A DNA stretch of 64,000 nucleotides from Saprospiraceae bacterium (GTDB lineage Bacteria; Bacteroidota; Bacteroidia; Chitinophagales; Saprospiraceae): NCBI GenBank assembly GCA_024103005.1, contig JAGFJA010000071.1, positions 13,001 to 77,000 of the forward strand, written 5' to 3'. A model generated the notes under the pieces. The model worked only from the letters and a program-made list of their open reading frames with translations. It did no database searches and was not told the origin of the DNA. Both the position numbers and the translations under genes were made by a program. Below are positions 40,331 to 50,560 of this stretch, piece after piece (position 1 is the stretch's first letter; every line of letters starts with the position of its first letter).

Positions 40331-41140
40331 TTACTGTATAATGGCGTCGGAAATATTTTCCTTGAGTTTTTGAGTAATCGTTTCCGGGTCATCCATCCTG
40401 AACCTGATACCTTTAATCAGCTTATCTAATCTGATACGGATAATTACATAGTTATTAAATCCGAGGACCGTATGATAATTCAGATTTAATTTAAAATTCT
40501 TGCGTGTATCCTTCCCGCCTACATAAATAGTGTCGGCTTTGTCTGCTGAATTTTTAAGGCGATATGCCAGGCGCAGCGTCCTGTACTGATTAGAAGAATA
40601 ATCGTACATGCTGTCAATATTTCCGGCAAGGACATGGTTGGCATCCTTCATATAAAAGGGTTGATTGGTCCACCCGGAATCAGCTACTCCTATGGTCAAA
40701 GAAAGAGATCTAAGGACAGTGGATTGGGTGAAAGTAAAATTTTCAACCTTACTGCCCGAACTTCTTATCAGATAGTAGTCATCAATACATCGGGTACTGT
40801 CGTGATAATTGTCAGGTGTCAAAAATAACCAGGTGCGCTGGTCACCCCGCAACTCTTCGTCCCGTTCATTTGTCCAAAGCAAACCTGATATAAAAAAAGT
40901 CAGTTTATCGATTAAAACAGTATCCCCCGCTGCATCTAACAGAACCGAATCTGCCAAGGGCCTGTCTCCATTATAATATTCTACATCCAATCCCATCCGA
41001 GGATAGACACAACAACAGTTTTCCTCTGCCGACACATCAAAATTCACGGCATTGACGTCTATACAGCCTTCTTTCTTATTACCGCAAGCAGAGATCAAGA
41101 GACTCAGGAATAGAAAAAAAATTGCTCTTCTAATCGTCAC
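40331..41140 (-). CDS. Lipoprotein with an N-terminal Cys motif
   Basis: A GTG at 41140 gives a canonical lipoprotein signal ((M)TIRRAIFFLFLSLLISAC) and removes the 44-nt overlap that the ATG at 41185 would create. The mature N-terminus is CGNKKEGCIDVNAVNFDVSAEENCCCVYP. Confidence 0.55.
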   Translation of the reverse strand: MTIRRAIFFLFLSLLISACGNKKEGCIDVNAVNFDVSAEENCCCVYPRMGLDVEYYNGDRPLADSVLLDAAGDTVLIDKLTFFISGLLWTNERDEELRGDQRTWLFLTPDNYHDSTRCIDDYYLIRSSGSKVENFTFTQSTVLRSLSLTIGVADSGWTNQPFYMKDANHVLAGNIDSMYDYSSNQYRTLRLAYRLKNSADKADTIYVGGKDTRKNFKLNLNYHTVLGFNNYVIIRIRLDKLIKGIRFRMDDPETITQKLKENISDAIIQ

Positions 41141-41141
41141 A

Positions 41142-41963
41142 TTATTTTTTTTCAAGGATTTCTTCTTTATAAATTCCGGTGACAATATTTTTTACCTGCT
41201 GAGAAAAATCTTTAGACATCATCCAACCATAATATCCTTTTTCCTTCCTAAACACCTCTACTACAGGTTGATCTACATATTTGCCAAAGTTGAAAACCAC
41301 TATTCCATCCTTATTTAACTTCAGGCGCTGAGTGGCGTCCAAGGTATTGAGATTGGTCGTGAAAAGATGGAGTGCTTCAATATCCCTGACAATCGGGTTT
41401 TTGGTAAGATCACCGTTTTCATCGATAAGGTCCTTTCCTTCATAAAAATCTAACTGACTTTCAAATACTTCCAAAGTTGCATTGACATCAGCAAGCGCAT
41501 CGTGGGCATCTTTCATTTCCTTACCGCAATAATAACGATAAGCGGCTTTGAGCGTCCTCGGTTCCATTTTATAAAAAATTTGCTGAACATCGATGGTGCG
41601 TCTTTTATCCATTTTGAAGTCCACCCCTGCTCGCGCAAATTCTTCCATCAGTAAGGGTACGTCAAATCTGTTGGAATTATATCCCCCCAGGTCTGCATCG
41701 CCTATAAATTCATAGATCTCATGAGCCAATTCCTGAAAAGTCGGTTTATTTCTGACCATTTCATTTGTAATTCCGTGTATGCCGGCAGCTTCTTCACTGA
41801 TAAATACAGGACCCGGGTTGATAAGCCGATAATATTCACTCCTGCTGTGATCTTTCTTGCTTATTTTGACTATGGCAATCTGAATAATCCGATCTCTGAT
41901 AACATTGAGGCCGGTAGTTTCCAGATCAAAAAAACAAAGATCTTTATTTAGTGTAATGTTCAT
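41142..41963 (-). CDS. DEDDh 3'-5' exonuclease (DnaQ/epsilon-like)
   Basis: The start is moved to the ATG at 41963. The motifs are Exo I FFDLETTGL, Exo II GYNSNRFDVPLL and Exo III HDALADV. Confidence 0.8.
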   Translation of the reverse strand: MNITLNKDLCFFDLETTGLNVIRDRIIQIAIVKISKKDHSRSEYYRLINPGPVFISEEAAGIHGITNEMVRNKPTFQELAHEIYEFIGDADLGGYNSNRFDVPLLMEEFARAGVDFKMDKRRTIDVQQIFYKMEPRTLKAAYRYYCGKEMKDAHDALADVNATLEVFESQLDFYEGKDLIDENGDLTKNPIVRDIEALHLFTTNLNTLDATQRLKLNKDGIVVFNFGKYVDQPVVEVFRKEKGYYGWMMSKDFSQQVKNIVTGIYKEEILEKK

Positions 41964-41964
41964 A

Positions 41965-43779
41965 TTAATTCTCTGATAACTGTAGGGACAATTTTGACTG
42001 ACTGAATTGCATTCCTGCCAGATATCGGTACCAGCCATTCTGATTTGACATCAACTCGGCATGAGTGCCTGATTCTATAACTTTTCCGTCATTGATGACA
42101 AAGATACAATCTACATCGACAATAGTGGCAAGACGATGAGCAATAATAATCGATGTGCGTCCCTCCATCAGGGTATTCAAAGCTTCCTGTACCAGGCTCT
42201 CAGACTCGGCATCCAGGGATGAGGTAGCTTCATCAAGGATAAGTATGCCCGGATCTTTCAGGATGGCACGGGCGATGGCGATACGCTGCTTCTGACCGCC
42301 TGACAGCCTGATTCCTCTGTCACCCACGATGGTATCCAATCCGTCATTAAGTTTATTTATAAATTCAAGTGCATTTGCTTTCCTTGCAGCTTCCAGGATG
42401 GCAGCATCATCCGCCCCCGGCTGGCCATAGGCAATATTTTCACGAATGGTTCCGCCAAATAAAATCACATCCTGAGGGACTGTCGCAAAATTTTTCCTGT
42501 ACTGAAATATATCATAACCTCTGACGTCTGCGCCACCTATCTTTATAGCACCATTGCCTACTTCATGGAAGCGCATCAATAGGGAAACTATCGTTGATTT
42601 TCCGGCACCACTGGAGCCAACCAAAGCAATTTTCTGACCTTGACCAATACGGAGACTAATATCCTTTAAAACCTCGACATCCGGACGGCTCGGATAGGTA
42701 AATGAAACGTTTTCAAATACAATGTCCCCTTTTAACCAAGCCGATTCGGCCTCTGCCTGTTTGTCAGGGTGAATTTCCGGTTCACTGTCCATAATCTCAA
42801 GGATCCTGTCAGTGGCACCCAATGCTCCGGCCAGTTGTGTATAAAACGTACCCAGACTGGCGATGGCACCACCGATGATTCCGGTATAAATAATAAACGA
42901 AAATAAGTCTCCGATGGTCATCTGTCCACTCTGCACCAGCATCGCCCCCTGCCATAAGATAAAGAATATCCCGCCAAAAAGCACCGTAATGAGGAAAACA
43001 AAAAAGAGACCCTTTATTTTGGCAAATTTAATCGAAACATCTACTACCCGATCCAGAATGCCATTATAACGTTTAATTTCAAATAATTCATTTGTAAAGG
43101 CCTTGACGACATGAAAGGCATAGAGCGACTCCTCTGCCATGCTGTTGGATGATGCGACTTCTACCTGTCTTTGCTTGGATAATTTCCTGATATATTTTCC
43201 AAAGAATATAGCAGAAATCACGATTACAGGAAAAGTGGCCAGCATAATCAGACTAAGTTTTGGAGTCACGTATGCCAATATAGCCACTCCGACAATCAGG
43301 GTGATAATCTGGCGTAAAAACTCTGCCAGAGTCACACTGAAGACCGTCTGAAGCTGCTCGACATCACCGGTAATCCTTGAACTCAGTTCACCCACTTTGT
43401 TTGATTCAAAAAAAGAATATGGCTGAGTAATCATAGACTTATACAGATCTTTTCTGACCTGTGCTACACCCTTTTCACTGACAAAGGCCATTGCCACCGA
43501 GCGACCGTAGGAAAGTAAACTCTGTAAAATCAGCAAGATCAGGAAGAAAACACCGTATTCACCCAGAGTAAAAGGATACTTGCTCTTGCCCGCGGCTGCA
43601 TTGGCCATCTCTCCGGCTACTGCCGGAAATAGCATAAAAAATACACTACTCAGCGCAAGACAAAACATCCCGATGAAGAAATACCATCGATACGGCTTCA
43701 TATACCGCATTATCTTCTTGATGCTCAACCAAGTCGAACGATCAAATTTTATTTTTGGGCGAGACTCTTTATTATCCAC
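41965..43779 (-). CDS. ABC exporter with fused permease and ATPase (MsbA-like)
   Basis: It has six TM helices, Walker A (GSSGAGKST), the signature LSGGQKQR and Walker B (ILILDEATS). Confidence 0.88.
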   Translation of the reverse strand: MDNKESRPKIKFDRSTWLSIKKIMRYMKPYRWYFFIGMFCLALSSVFFMLFPAVAGEMANAAAGKSKYPFTLGEYGVFFLILLILQSLLSYGRSVAMAFVSEKGVAQVRKDLYKSMITQPYSFFESNKVGELSSRITGDVEQLQTVFSVTLAEFLRQIITLIVGVAILAYVTPKLSLIMLATFPVIVISAIFFGKYIRKLSKQRQVEVASSNSMAEESLYAFHVVKAFTNELFEIKRYNGILDRVVDVSIKFAKIKGLFFVFLITVLFGGIFFILWQGAMLVQSGQMTIGDLFSFIIYTGIIGGAIASLGTFYTQLAGALGATDRILEIMDSEPEIHPDKQAEAESAWLKGDIVFENVSFTYPSRPDVEVLKDISLRIGQGQKIALVGSSGAGKSTIVSLLMRFHEVGNGAIKIGGADVRGYDIFQYRKNFATVPQDVILFGGTIRENIAYGQPGADDAAILEAARKANALEFINKLNDGLDTIVGDRGIRLSGGQKQRIAIARAILKDPGILILDEATSSLDAESESLVQEALNTLMEGRTSIIIAHRLATIVDVDCIFVINDGKVIESGTHAELMSNQNGWYRYLAGMQFSQSKLSLQLSEN

Positions 43780-43907
43780 TGTAGAAAAATTGAATTACAA
43801 AGTTAGTCAGATTACCATTGATTCAGGTTAACAAAATGTAAAATACGACAATTAGGTATCTTAATCTACGGCAGTTAAAATCCTGCCCGCTCCCGATCAC
43901 ATAAAAG

Positions 43908-43925
43908 GTCGGGCAAGGACCCGAC
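43908..43925 (-). terminator. Weak terminator candidate downstream of recX
   Basis: The stem gtcggg pairs with cccgac. Only 4 U follow on the minus strand. Confidence 0.3.
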
Positions 43926-44038
43926 GCTCCTTCTTTTTTAGACCATATAAATCAAAAGGATTTCAATAATGCCCGATAATATCAAAGGCATGATCGTGTT
44001 GAGGTTTAGGTTTGTCAGTAAGCATCGGGACATTGCTT

Positions 44039-44482
44039 TCAGGACGCATCATCTATAACTCGTTGAATTAATTCATATTCATAGCCTCGCGACATAAGAT
44101 AAGAAATTAGTTGGGCAGCAGATTGATGCTTCTTTTCATGGATTCGCTTCTTGACCAATTTGTTTATCATCGCCAGGTACTCATCTTCATCTATCACTTC
44201 CAATCCTTTACGTACGCAGTAATCAGAAATATTTTTCATCCTTAGATGCTGAATTATTTTTCTCTTCCCCCACTGGTTGATTCTGAATTTTCCCGAGACA
44301 AATGCTTTGGCATAACGCTCTTCATTTAAAAAATTCTCCTCCACGAGAGCTGCCATGATCTCTTCCAGTTCATCCCCATATACCTTCCATTCGATAAGCC
44401 TGGAGCGAACCTCAGTATGGCATCGTTCCTGGTATGCACAGTATTTTTTCGCTCGTTCTAAATTTACTGAAAACATGGTCAA
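44039..44482 (-). CDS. recX: RecX-family regulatory protein
   Basis: The 147-aa helical-repeat protein begins KKYCAYQERCHTEVRSRL, which is the typical RecX N-terminus. Confidence 0.75.
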   Translation of the reverse strand: MTMFSVNLERAKKYCAYQERCHTEVRSRLIEWKVYGDELEEIMAALVEENFLNEERYAKAFVSGKFRINQWGKRKIIQHLRMKNISDYCVRKGLEVIDEDEYLAMINKLVKKRIHEKKHQSAAQLISYLMSRGYEYELIQRVIDDAS

Positions 44483-44537
44483 ATTTATCCAAAATTACCA
44501 GATCAATATTATCCTACAGGTCAGAGACTGCATAATT

Positions 44538-45524
44538 TCATACATGTATAACCCGTGTACTATTGATGGGTGTTTTGGTCAGGTGTGTCTTTTTCTGGTC
44601 TTCAGGCAATTGTTGCCACATGTTGATTTCTTCCGGCATATCTTTCCGGCTATTGTCCCGCCTAAGCTGCCGATATTCAAAGGGAGTACAGTCTTTGTAC
44701 TTTTTAAAAAGTCGGTTAAAGTTGGCGATATTGTTAAACCCGGATTTATAGGCGATCTGACTGATCGTTTCGTCTGTACTTAGCAGAGATTTGCAAGCAT
44801 GACCAATACGTACATCCGTCAGAAATTCCGTAAAATTTTTATTGGTATATTTTTTGAAAAAATGGCTGAATGCCGACTCACTCATGTTGATAAGATTAGC
44901 CACTGTAGCGAGTTTCAGTTTAGGTTTAGCAAAGTTTTTAATGATGTAATGATATGCATGTTGAATACGCTTACTATCCCATTTCAATGTTTCAGGGGTA
45001 AATCCCTCGCTCGCAAGATACCGGTATTGTTTAGCATTTGAAAGAAACTCAAGCAATTCAAAAAACTCGAGGATGTTGATAAATCCACGTTCATTGGTCA
45101 GCCGGGTAATTTTTTTCATCGCCTGCAGAAAGTCATCCCCTTCAAACCGAATTCCCCGGATGCTGTTGTCAAGCATTTTTTTTATCCGATGAAACTGTTG
45201 TTTCTGAAATATCGGTCCCTCAAACAAATCCATAGAAAATTGAATGGTCACTACCCGATATTTTTTCAATATCCCATTATCATATTCATCCCCCGTCCAT
45301 TTATGATACAAATATGGCCCAAGCAAAACAAGATCATGATCGTCAAACTGCTCTGTATGGTCGCCTACCAGTCGCACACCGGATACGCCCAGGATTAAGG
45401 TAATCTCGTACTCCGGATGGCAATGAATGGGATAATCAAAACCATTGCTAAAAGAATCCAGAATAACATATACATCATCCTTCCCCACCGGTGTAATCTC
45501 ACGCAAAATATTCAGTCCATACAT
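44538..45524 (-). CDS. AraC-family regulator with an N-terminal cupin, divergent from susC
   Basis: The cupin His motif is HCHPEYEITL. The C-terminal HTH is IAYKSGFNNIANFNRLFKKYKDCTPFEYR. Confidence 0.8.
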   Translation of the reverse strand: MYGLNILREITPVGKDDVYVILDSFSNGFDYPIHCHPEYEITLILGVSGVRLVGDHTEQFDDHDLVLLGPYLYHKWTGDEYDNGILKKYRVVTIQFSMDLFEGPIFQKQQFHRIKKMLDNSIRGIRFEGDDFLQAMKKITRLTNERGFINILEFFELLEFLSNAKQYRYLASEGFTPETLKWDSKRIQHAYHYIIKNFAKPKLKLATVANLINMSESAFSHFFKKYTNKNFTEFLTDVRIGHACKSLLSTDETISQIAYKSGFNNIANFNRLFKKYKDCTPFEYRQLRRDNSRKDMPEEINMWQQLPEDQKKTHLTKTPINSTRVIHV

Positions 45525-45657
45525 AGATTATAAAATATAATAGTTATGTGCCGCTCACAAAAGTATTATATTTTCACCTAAAAGTATCAAAATAATAGAC
45601 AATCTTTGTGGTAACTTTACAAATATTGTTTAAATGCAATAATTTTAAATATATAAT

Positions 45658-48600
45658 ATGGTATCTCTTTACTCCGGTTTAATAAAAGTGTGTCGGAATT
45701 TCCGTACTGCATTTATCATTCTGCTGGCTGTGTTCAGCACTATGCTCTTACATGCACAACAGATTACAGTGAAGGGAACTGTTACTTCCGAGGGCGATAA
45801 GGAACCTCTCATCGGTGTTGCCATCATGAATAAAAATGGTACTCCTCTGTCCACCACTGATATAGACGGTAAATACACGGTTAACTGCGATGTCAACGCA
45901 ACCCTTGTGTTCAGTTATGTAGGATATAATACTCAGGAGGTCAGGGTAAATAACAGGGCTGTAGTAGATGTCGTAATGGTTTCAGATTCCAAGTTATTGG
46001 ATGAACTTGTGGTAACCGGTTATCGTTCTGAAATAAAATCAAATGTCAGCAGTGCTATTTCGACCGTTAAAGGAAAGGATGTCGAAAAACTGGTCGTGCT
46101 CGGATTGGATCAGGCGATGCAGGGGCAGGCGCCGGGAGTTTCCGTGACGCAGGTATCGGGCGCACCCGGAGATGATATAGCTGTAAGAATCAGGGGAGTA
46201 GGTACACTTGGCAACAACAATCCACTGTATATTGTGGATGGGGTGCCTACTGAAGCCAATATTAATATGTTTTCAACGACAGATATTGAGTCCATAGAAA
46301 TATTGAAAGATGGTGCAGCTGCGGCCATATACGGATCCAGAGCTGCCAATGGCGTCGTCGTCATCACGATGAAAAAGGGAAAGTCAGGGATTCCTGTATT
46401 TAATTTTAATTCATCCATTGGCTTTGCTCAGGCATACCGACTGCCCAAATTGCTCAATTCCAAAGATTATCTCACCGTAAGAAATGCAGCCATTAAAAAT
46501 GCAAATACACTGCGCGACCCTGCAAGACAATTGGATACCATACCGCTCAATATCCTGGATACCTTACCTGATATTGACTGGTTGGGTAAAGTTTTTCATA
46601 CCGCTCCATTGAGACGATATGGATTAAGTGCCGGTGGTGGCAGTGACAACAGCAGATACTATATTACGGGAGAATATCTGGATCAGGAGGGAGTTTTCCG
46701 GGGTCAGGGTTTTAAGAAATATTCGGTTAGGTTTAATGGAGAGACCGGCAACCATTGGTTTAAAGTGGGCAACAACATCACCTATGCCTATACCGACAGA
46801 AAAATAATCAACAGCACCGGTGATGGCTTCGGACCTGGCAACGAATTGAGCGCCATCCGTTATGCCCTCATTGCCGCTCCTATCTTCAAGCCATACAAGC
46901 CTGACGGTTCTTACTACAATGTATCTACGGAATTAGGCGATCCCACCATCTTTGGTGACGGCAACGCTAACCCTCTTGCACTCATAGATGCTACTGACTG
47001 GACAGTGAAGAGATCACGGGTGTTTGGAAATGTTTATGCTGAATTGACTTTGTTCAAAGCATTGAAAATAAAAACTAATTTGGGTGGAGATTTCACTTTT
47101 GAAAATGAGAAAAAATTTAAGGAAAAACTATCCGAAGCGATTTATAATCCGACCTCTCTAACGGAAGGTCGAGTATTCAGCCGCAATCTGATCTGGACGA
47201 ATACAGCCGATTATCACAGAAGATTTGGCAATCACCGTATATCAGGCATCATCGGAATGGAGGCAATACAAAATCAGGATAATTACCTGGGTGCTTCCGT
47301 CAATAACTTCTTCAGGACAGACCCGCTGTTCAGAAATATTGACAACAGTGTGACGGAAAACATCAAGAACATCGGCGCCTCAGGCATCACAACTGAATGG
47401 GCCCTCCTATCTTATTTCGCACAAATTAATTACTCATTTGAAAATAAATACGTCCTTGGTGCAACCTTACGCCGTGACGGATCATCCCGATTTGGAGCAG
47501 ACAATCGTTGGGGCATCTTCCCGGCTATTTCCGGCGCCTGGAACATTTCCAATGAGAAATTTTTCAGACCGCTTGATTTCTTTTCGACCTTTAAACTAAG
47601 AGCAAGTTGGGGAAGGCTCGGAAATCAGGAAATAGGCAATTACCCATACAGCTCCTTGGTCGGAGTAGGCAAATATGTTTATTCATTCGGCGGCAATATC
47701 GTCACCGGCGCTCAATTATTGGAAACCGGCAACAGCAAGATAAAATGGGAATCCAGTACCCAATACGATTTCGGACTTGACTTCAGTCTTTTCAAGGAAA
47801 GACTAGCCTTCATGATTGATTATTACAATAAGACCTCTAATGATGTACTCGTCAGGGTTCCTATTCCGGAAGCCGGAGGAGACCAAACCCCTCCTTATGT
47901 CAATGCCGCCTCGATAGAAAATAAAGGATTGGAACTATCCGTAATCCTTAATAATAAGTTCAGGGATATAAATTATTCCATCGGAGCCAATGTTTCAACA
48001 TTAAAAAATACGGTTCTCAGCCTGAGCGGCGGTGAGCCTATCCTGGGAGGATTCGGACTGTCCGATGGTCCGATTACAAAGACAGAAGTGGGCTATCCCG
48101 TCGGTTCTTTTTTCCTGTATGAAGCAGAGGGAATATTTCAAAGTCAGGAGGAAATTGATGCATCAGCCTTTCAAACAAATGATACCCGACCCGGCGACAT
48201 ACGATTCAAGGATATCAACGGCGATAATGTAATCGACCAGAAAGACAGAACACACGTAGGAAGTCCCTTTCCAAAGCTCACTTATGGATGGAACATCTCG
48301 CTCAACTGGAAAAATTTTGACTTGTCCGGCCTCTTTCAGGGAGTCTATGGCAATGATTTGTATTTTCTCTATGGCAACTTTGCTTATGAGACACAAAGCA
48401 GGGGATTCAACAGTTATGATGCAATAAAAAACTACTGGACTCCTGAAAACACGGATACTGACATACCCAAAGTCAGTCTGGATGACAGAAACGGAAACAG
48501 ACGGATTTCTACCAGATTTTTGTATTCAGGAAGTTATTTAAAAATGAGAAACATTACGCTGGGTTATGATTTTAAACCAATGATCAAATCCAACAAAATC

Positions 48601-48795
48601 AGCAGTTTAAGAATGTATGTTACCGGTCAGAATTTATTTACCTGGACTGCCTATCCCGGTCTGGATCCCGAGATTCAGGCCAATAAAAACGACACAGCCG
48701 GAGTCGGCATCAGTTCTGACTTAGCTGTGGGAATAGATTGGGGTACGATTCCGGCACCAAGGATTATAATTATCGGATTAAATCTCACCTTTTAA
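45658..48795 (+). CDS. susC: SusC/RagA-family TonB-linked outer-membrane transporter
   Basis: The N-terminal carboxypeptidase-regulatory-like domain is present (ITVKGTVTSEGDKEPLIGVAIM, FSYVGYNTQEV). The plug motifs are IESIEILKDGAAAAIYGSRAANGVVVITMKKG. The length is 1045 aa and a SusD gene follows. Confidence 0.9.
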   Translation: MVSLYSGLIKVCRNFRTAFIILLAVFSTMLLHAQQITVKGTVTSEGDKEPLIGVAIMNKNGTPLSTTDIDGKYTVNCDVNATLVFSYVGYNTQEVRVNNRAVVDVVMVSDSKLLDELVVTGYRSEIKSNVSSAISTVKGKDVEKLVVLGLDQAMQGQAPGVSVTQVSGAPGDDIAVRIRGVGTLGNNNPLYIVDGVPTEANINMFSTTDIESIEILKDGAAAAIYGSRAANGVVVITMKKGKSGIPVFNFNSSIGFAQAYRLPKLLNSKDYLTVRNAAIKNANTLRDPARQLDTIPLNILDTLPDIDWLGKVFHTAPLRRYGLSAGGGSDNSRYYITGEYLDQEGVFRGQGFKKYSVRFNGETGNHWFKVGNNITYAYTDRKIINSTGDGFGPGNELSAIRYALIAAPIFKPYKPDGSYYNVSTELGDPTIFGDGNANPLALIDATDWTVKRSRVFGNVYAELTLFKALKIKTNLGGDFTFENEKKFKEKLSEAIYNPTSLTEGRVFSRNLIWTNTADYHRRFGNHRISGIIGMEAIQNQDNYLGASVNNFFRTDPLFRNIDNSVTENIKNIGASGITTEWALLSYFAQINYSFENKYVLGATLRRDGSSRFGADNRWGIFPAISGAWNISNEKFFRPLDFFSTFKLRASWGRLGNQEIGNYPYSSLVGVGKYVYSFGGNIVTGAQLLETGNSKIKWESSTQYDFGLDFSLFKERLAFMIDYYNKTSNDVLVRVPIPEAGGDQTPPYVNAASIENKGLELSVILNNKFRDINYSIGANVSTLKNTVLSLSGGEPILGGFGLSDGPITKTEVGYPVGSFFLYEAEGIFQSQEEIDASAFQTNDTRPGDIRFKDINGDNVIDQKDRTHVGSPFPKLTYGWNISLNWKNFDLSGLFQGVYGNDLYFLYGNFAYETQSRGFNSYDAIKNYWTPENTDTDIPKVSLDDRNGNRRISTRFLYSGSYLKMRNITLGYDFKPMIKSNKISSLRMYVTGQNLFTWTAYPGLDPEIQANKNDTAGVGISSDLAVGIDWGTIPAPRIIIIGLNLTF

Positions 48796-48809
48796 ACCAT
48801 CAAACCAGC

Positions 48810-50246
48810 ATGAGAAAAAATCAAATATTATTTATTTTTCTGACAGCTCTATATGGCTTGTCTTGTACCGGCATACTGGACAAAGAGCCTATCGGTATCC
48901 TGGATGCAGGATCTTTTTTCAAGACGGAAAAAGATGCCTTACAAGCCGTGAATGCCGCCTACCAGCCATTGATGTTTTGTAGTAGCAATAACAACTTTTA
49001 TTGGGCATTTGGAGTCCTGGCATCGGATGAAGCGGTCGTCGGCGGCGATGGATCCAGACCGGGTTTAACTGAATTAGACTTTTTGACACAAACATCCAGA
49101 ACAGAAGAGTTGAATAATTTCTGGAAATTAGAATACAAAGGTATCAATCAATGCAATACCGTGCTGGATAGGGTTCCGGGCATTGACATGGATGTTGCGT
49201 TGAAAGACAGAATACTTGGAGAAGCCCACTTCCTGCGCGCATTTTATTACTTCCAACTAACTCAGGTCTTTGGCGATGTACCTCTTTATACAAAAATTAC
49301 ACCTCCGGAAGAATTGAAGATACCGCGTACTCCGGTGGCTGATATCTATAAGCTCATAATAGACGATTGTGAAAAAGCTGCCCTGTCTTTGCCTGTAAGT
49401 TATGATGCTTCACAAGTGGGAAGAGCGACAAAGGGAGCTGCATTGGCTCTGGCAGCAAAAACGCAGCTTTATGCTAAAAACTATACGGCCGTCCTAAGCT
49501 ATATCGATCAGATAAAGGCATTGGGGGTATATGCGCTGATGCCCGATTATGAAGATAATTTCCGTAAAAATACACAAAACAACAGTGAGTCAGTCTGGGA
49601 AATTCAGCATACAAACCTGGAATTGGGAGTCGGAAACAGCCTGAATCAATATTGGTCAAGCAAAAAAATTCCCAATGGATATGGTTTCTGTGAGGTAACG
49701 CCTGAGTATGTGGCAGAATTTGAACCGGGTGATCCCAGGAGACAGTTTACTGTCGCTTCCAATAATGAGGATTATTTTGGACATATATATAAAAATTCAT
49801 ATTCTTCTACCAAATATAGTCCCAGGAAGTATCTTCAAGCCGACTCAACATTGACACAAAAAGCGGATGGAGATATCAACGTAACTAATATAAGATATGC
49901 CGAAATATTATTATGGGAAGCAGAGGCACTGACCGAACTGGGTCGTGTAGAAGAAGCACAGGTACCCCTTGAACAGGTGCGGGCAAGAGCGAGAAACCAG
50001 TCTGCCGACCCGGCGAATACACTTCCTGAAGTCAAAGTAACGGATAAACTGGCAATGTTAGAGGCAATCCGGCACGAAAGAAGCGTTGAATTGGGTTTTG
50101 AAATGCATCGGTTCTTTGATCTTGTGCGATGGGGAATAGCTTCAGAAAAGATTCCGGGATTTCAGAAAAACAAAAATGAATTATTTCCATTGCCGCAAGT
50201 TGAGCTGGATTTAAATCCGTTTTTAACGCAAAATTTAAACTATTAA
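48810..50246 (+). CDS. susD: SusD/RagB-family outer-membrane lipoprotein
   Basis: The start is moved to the ATG at 48810, which gives MRKNQILFIFLTALYGLSC. SusD-like TPR-type helices are present (RAFYYFQLTQVFGDVPL, ERSVELGFEMHRFFDLVRWG). Confidence 0.88.
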   Translation: MRKNQILFIFLTALYGLSCTGILDKEPIGILDAGSFFKTEKDALQAVNAAYQPLMFCSSNNNFYWAFGVLASDEAVVGGDGSRPGLTELDFLTQTSRTEELNNFWKLEYKGINQCNTVLDRVPGIDMDVALKDRILGEAHFLRAFYYFQLTQVFGDVPLYTKITPPEELKIPRTPVADIYKLIIDDCEKAALSLPVSYDASQVGRATKGAALALAAKTQLYAKNYTAVLSYIDQIKALGVYALMPDYEDNFRKNTQNNSESVWEIQHTNLELGVGNSLNQYWSSKKIPNGYGFCEVTPEYVAEFEPGDPRRQFTVASNNEDYFGHIYKNSYSSTKYSPRKYLQADSTLTQKADGDINVTNIRYAEILLWEAEALTELGRVEEAQVPLEQVRARARNQSADPANTLPEVKVTDKLAMLEAIRHERSVELGFEMHRFFDLVRWGIASEKIPGFQKNKNELFPLPQVELDLNPFLTQNLNY

Positions 50247-50274
50247 CAAATTTATGCGTTGTTAAGGAAAGAGT

Positions 50275-50301
50275 TTTTTATTGTAAGGTGTTTTTATATT
50301 A
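50275..50301 (+). repeat. Copy 1 of a perfect 27-nt module (tttttattgtaaggtgtttttatatta)
   Basis: It is identical to 50619-50645, and a GGG-initiated terminator hairpin follows. Confidence 0.85.
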
Positions 50302-50338
50302 GGGACTCCATTTCTCCAATGGAGTTCCTTTTTATTTT
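50302..50338 (+). terminator. Rho-independent terminator of susD
   Basis: The stem gggactccatt pairs with aatggagttcc, the loop is tctcc, and tttttatttt follows. Confidence 0.75.
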
Positions 50339-50560
50339 GTTTTTGATTTAAGCCTTATTATTTGAATGCTCAAAAATATATGTATAAAATTCAAAATAAT
50401 ACATAAAAAGTGTGTTAAAGCAAGCGGTGCATTTAATAAATGAAAAGACAAATCAGGTATTTAAAATTCATCATAAAATCCTGGTTATTTTTGCAAAATT
50501 TACATTCATTAACATCTAAGTAACAGGTTGTTAACTTAATAAATAAAAATTAAAAAAAAA

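Noticed and set aside
44355-44783. ORF of 142 aa spanning the recX/AraC junction on the plus strand
   Set aside because: It is antisense to two well-supported genes and has no motif.
45613-45622. Complementarity of 9 nt between the 27-nt module (uuguaaggu) and the susC leader (aactttacaa)
   Set aside because: The match is too short, includes a G-U pair, and sits in AT-rich sequence where such matches arise by chance. I keep it only as an idea for target prediction.
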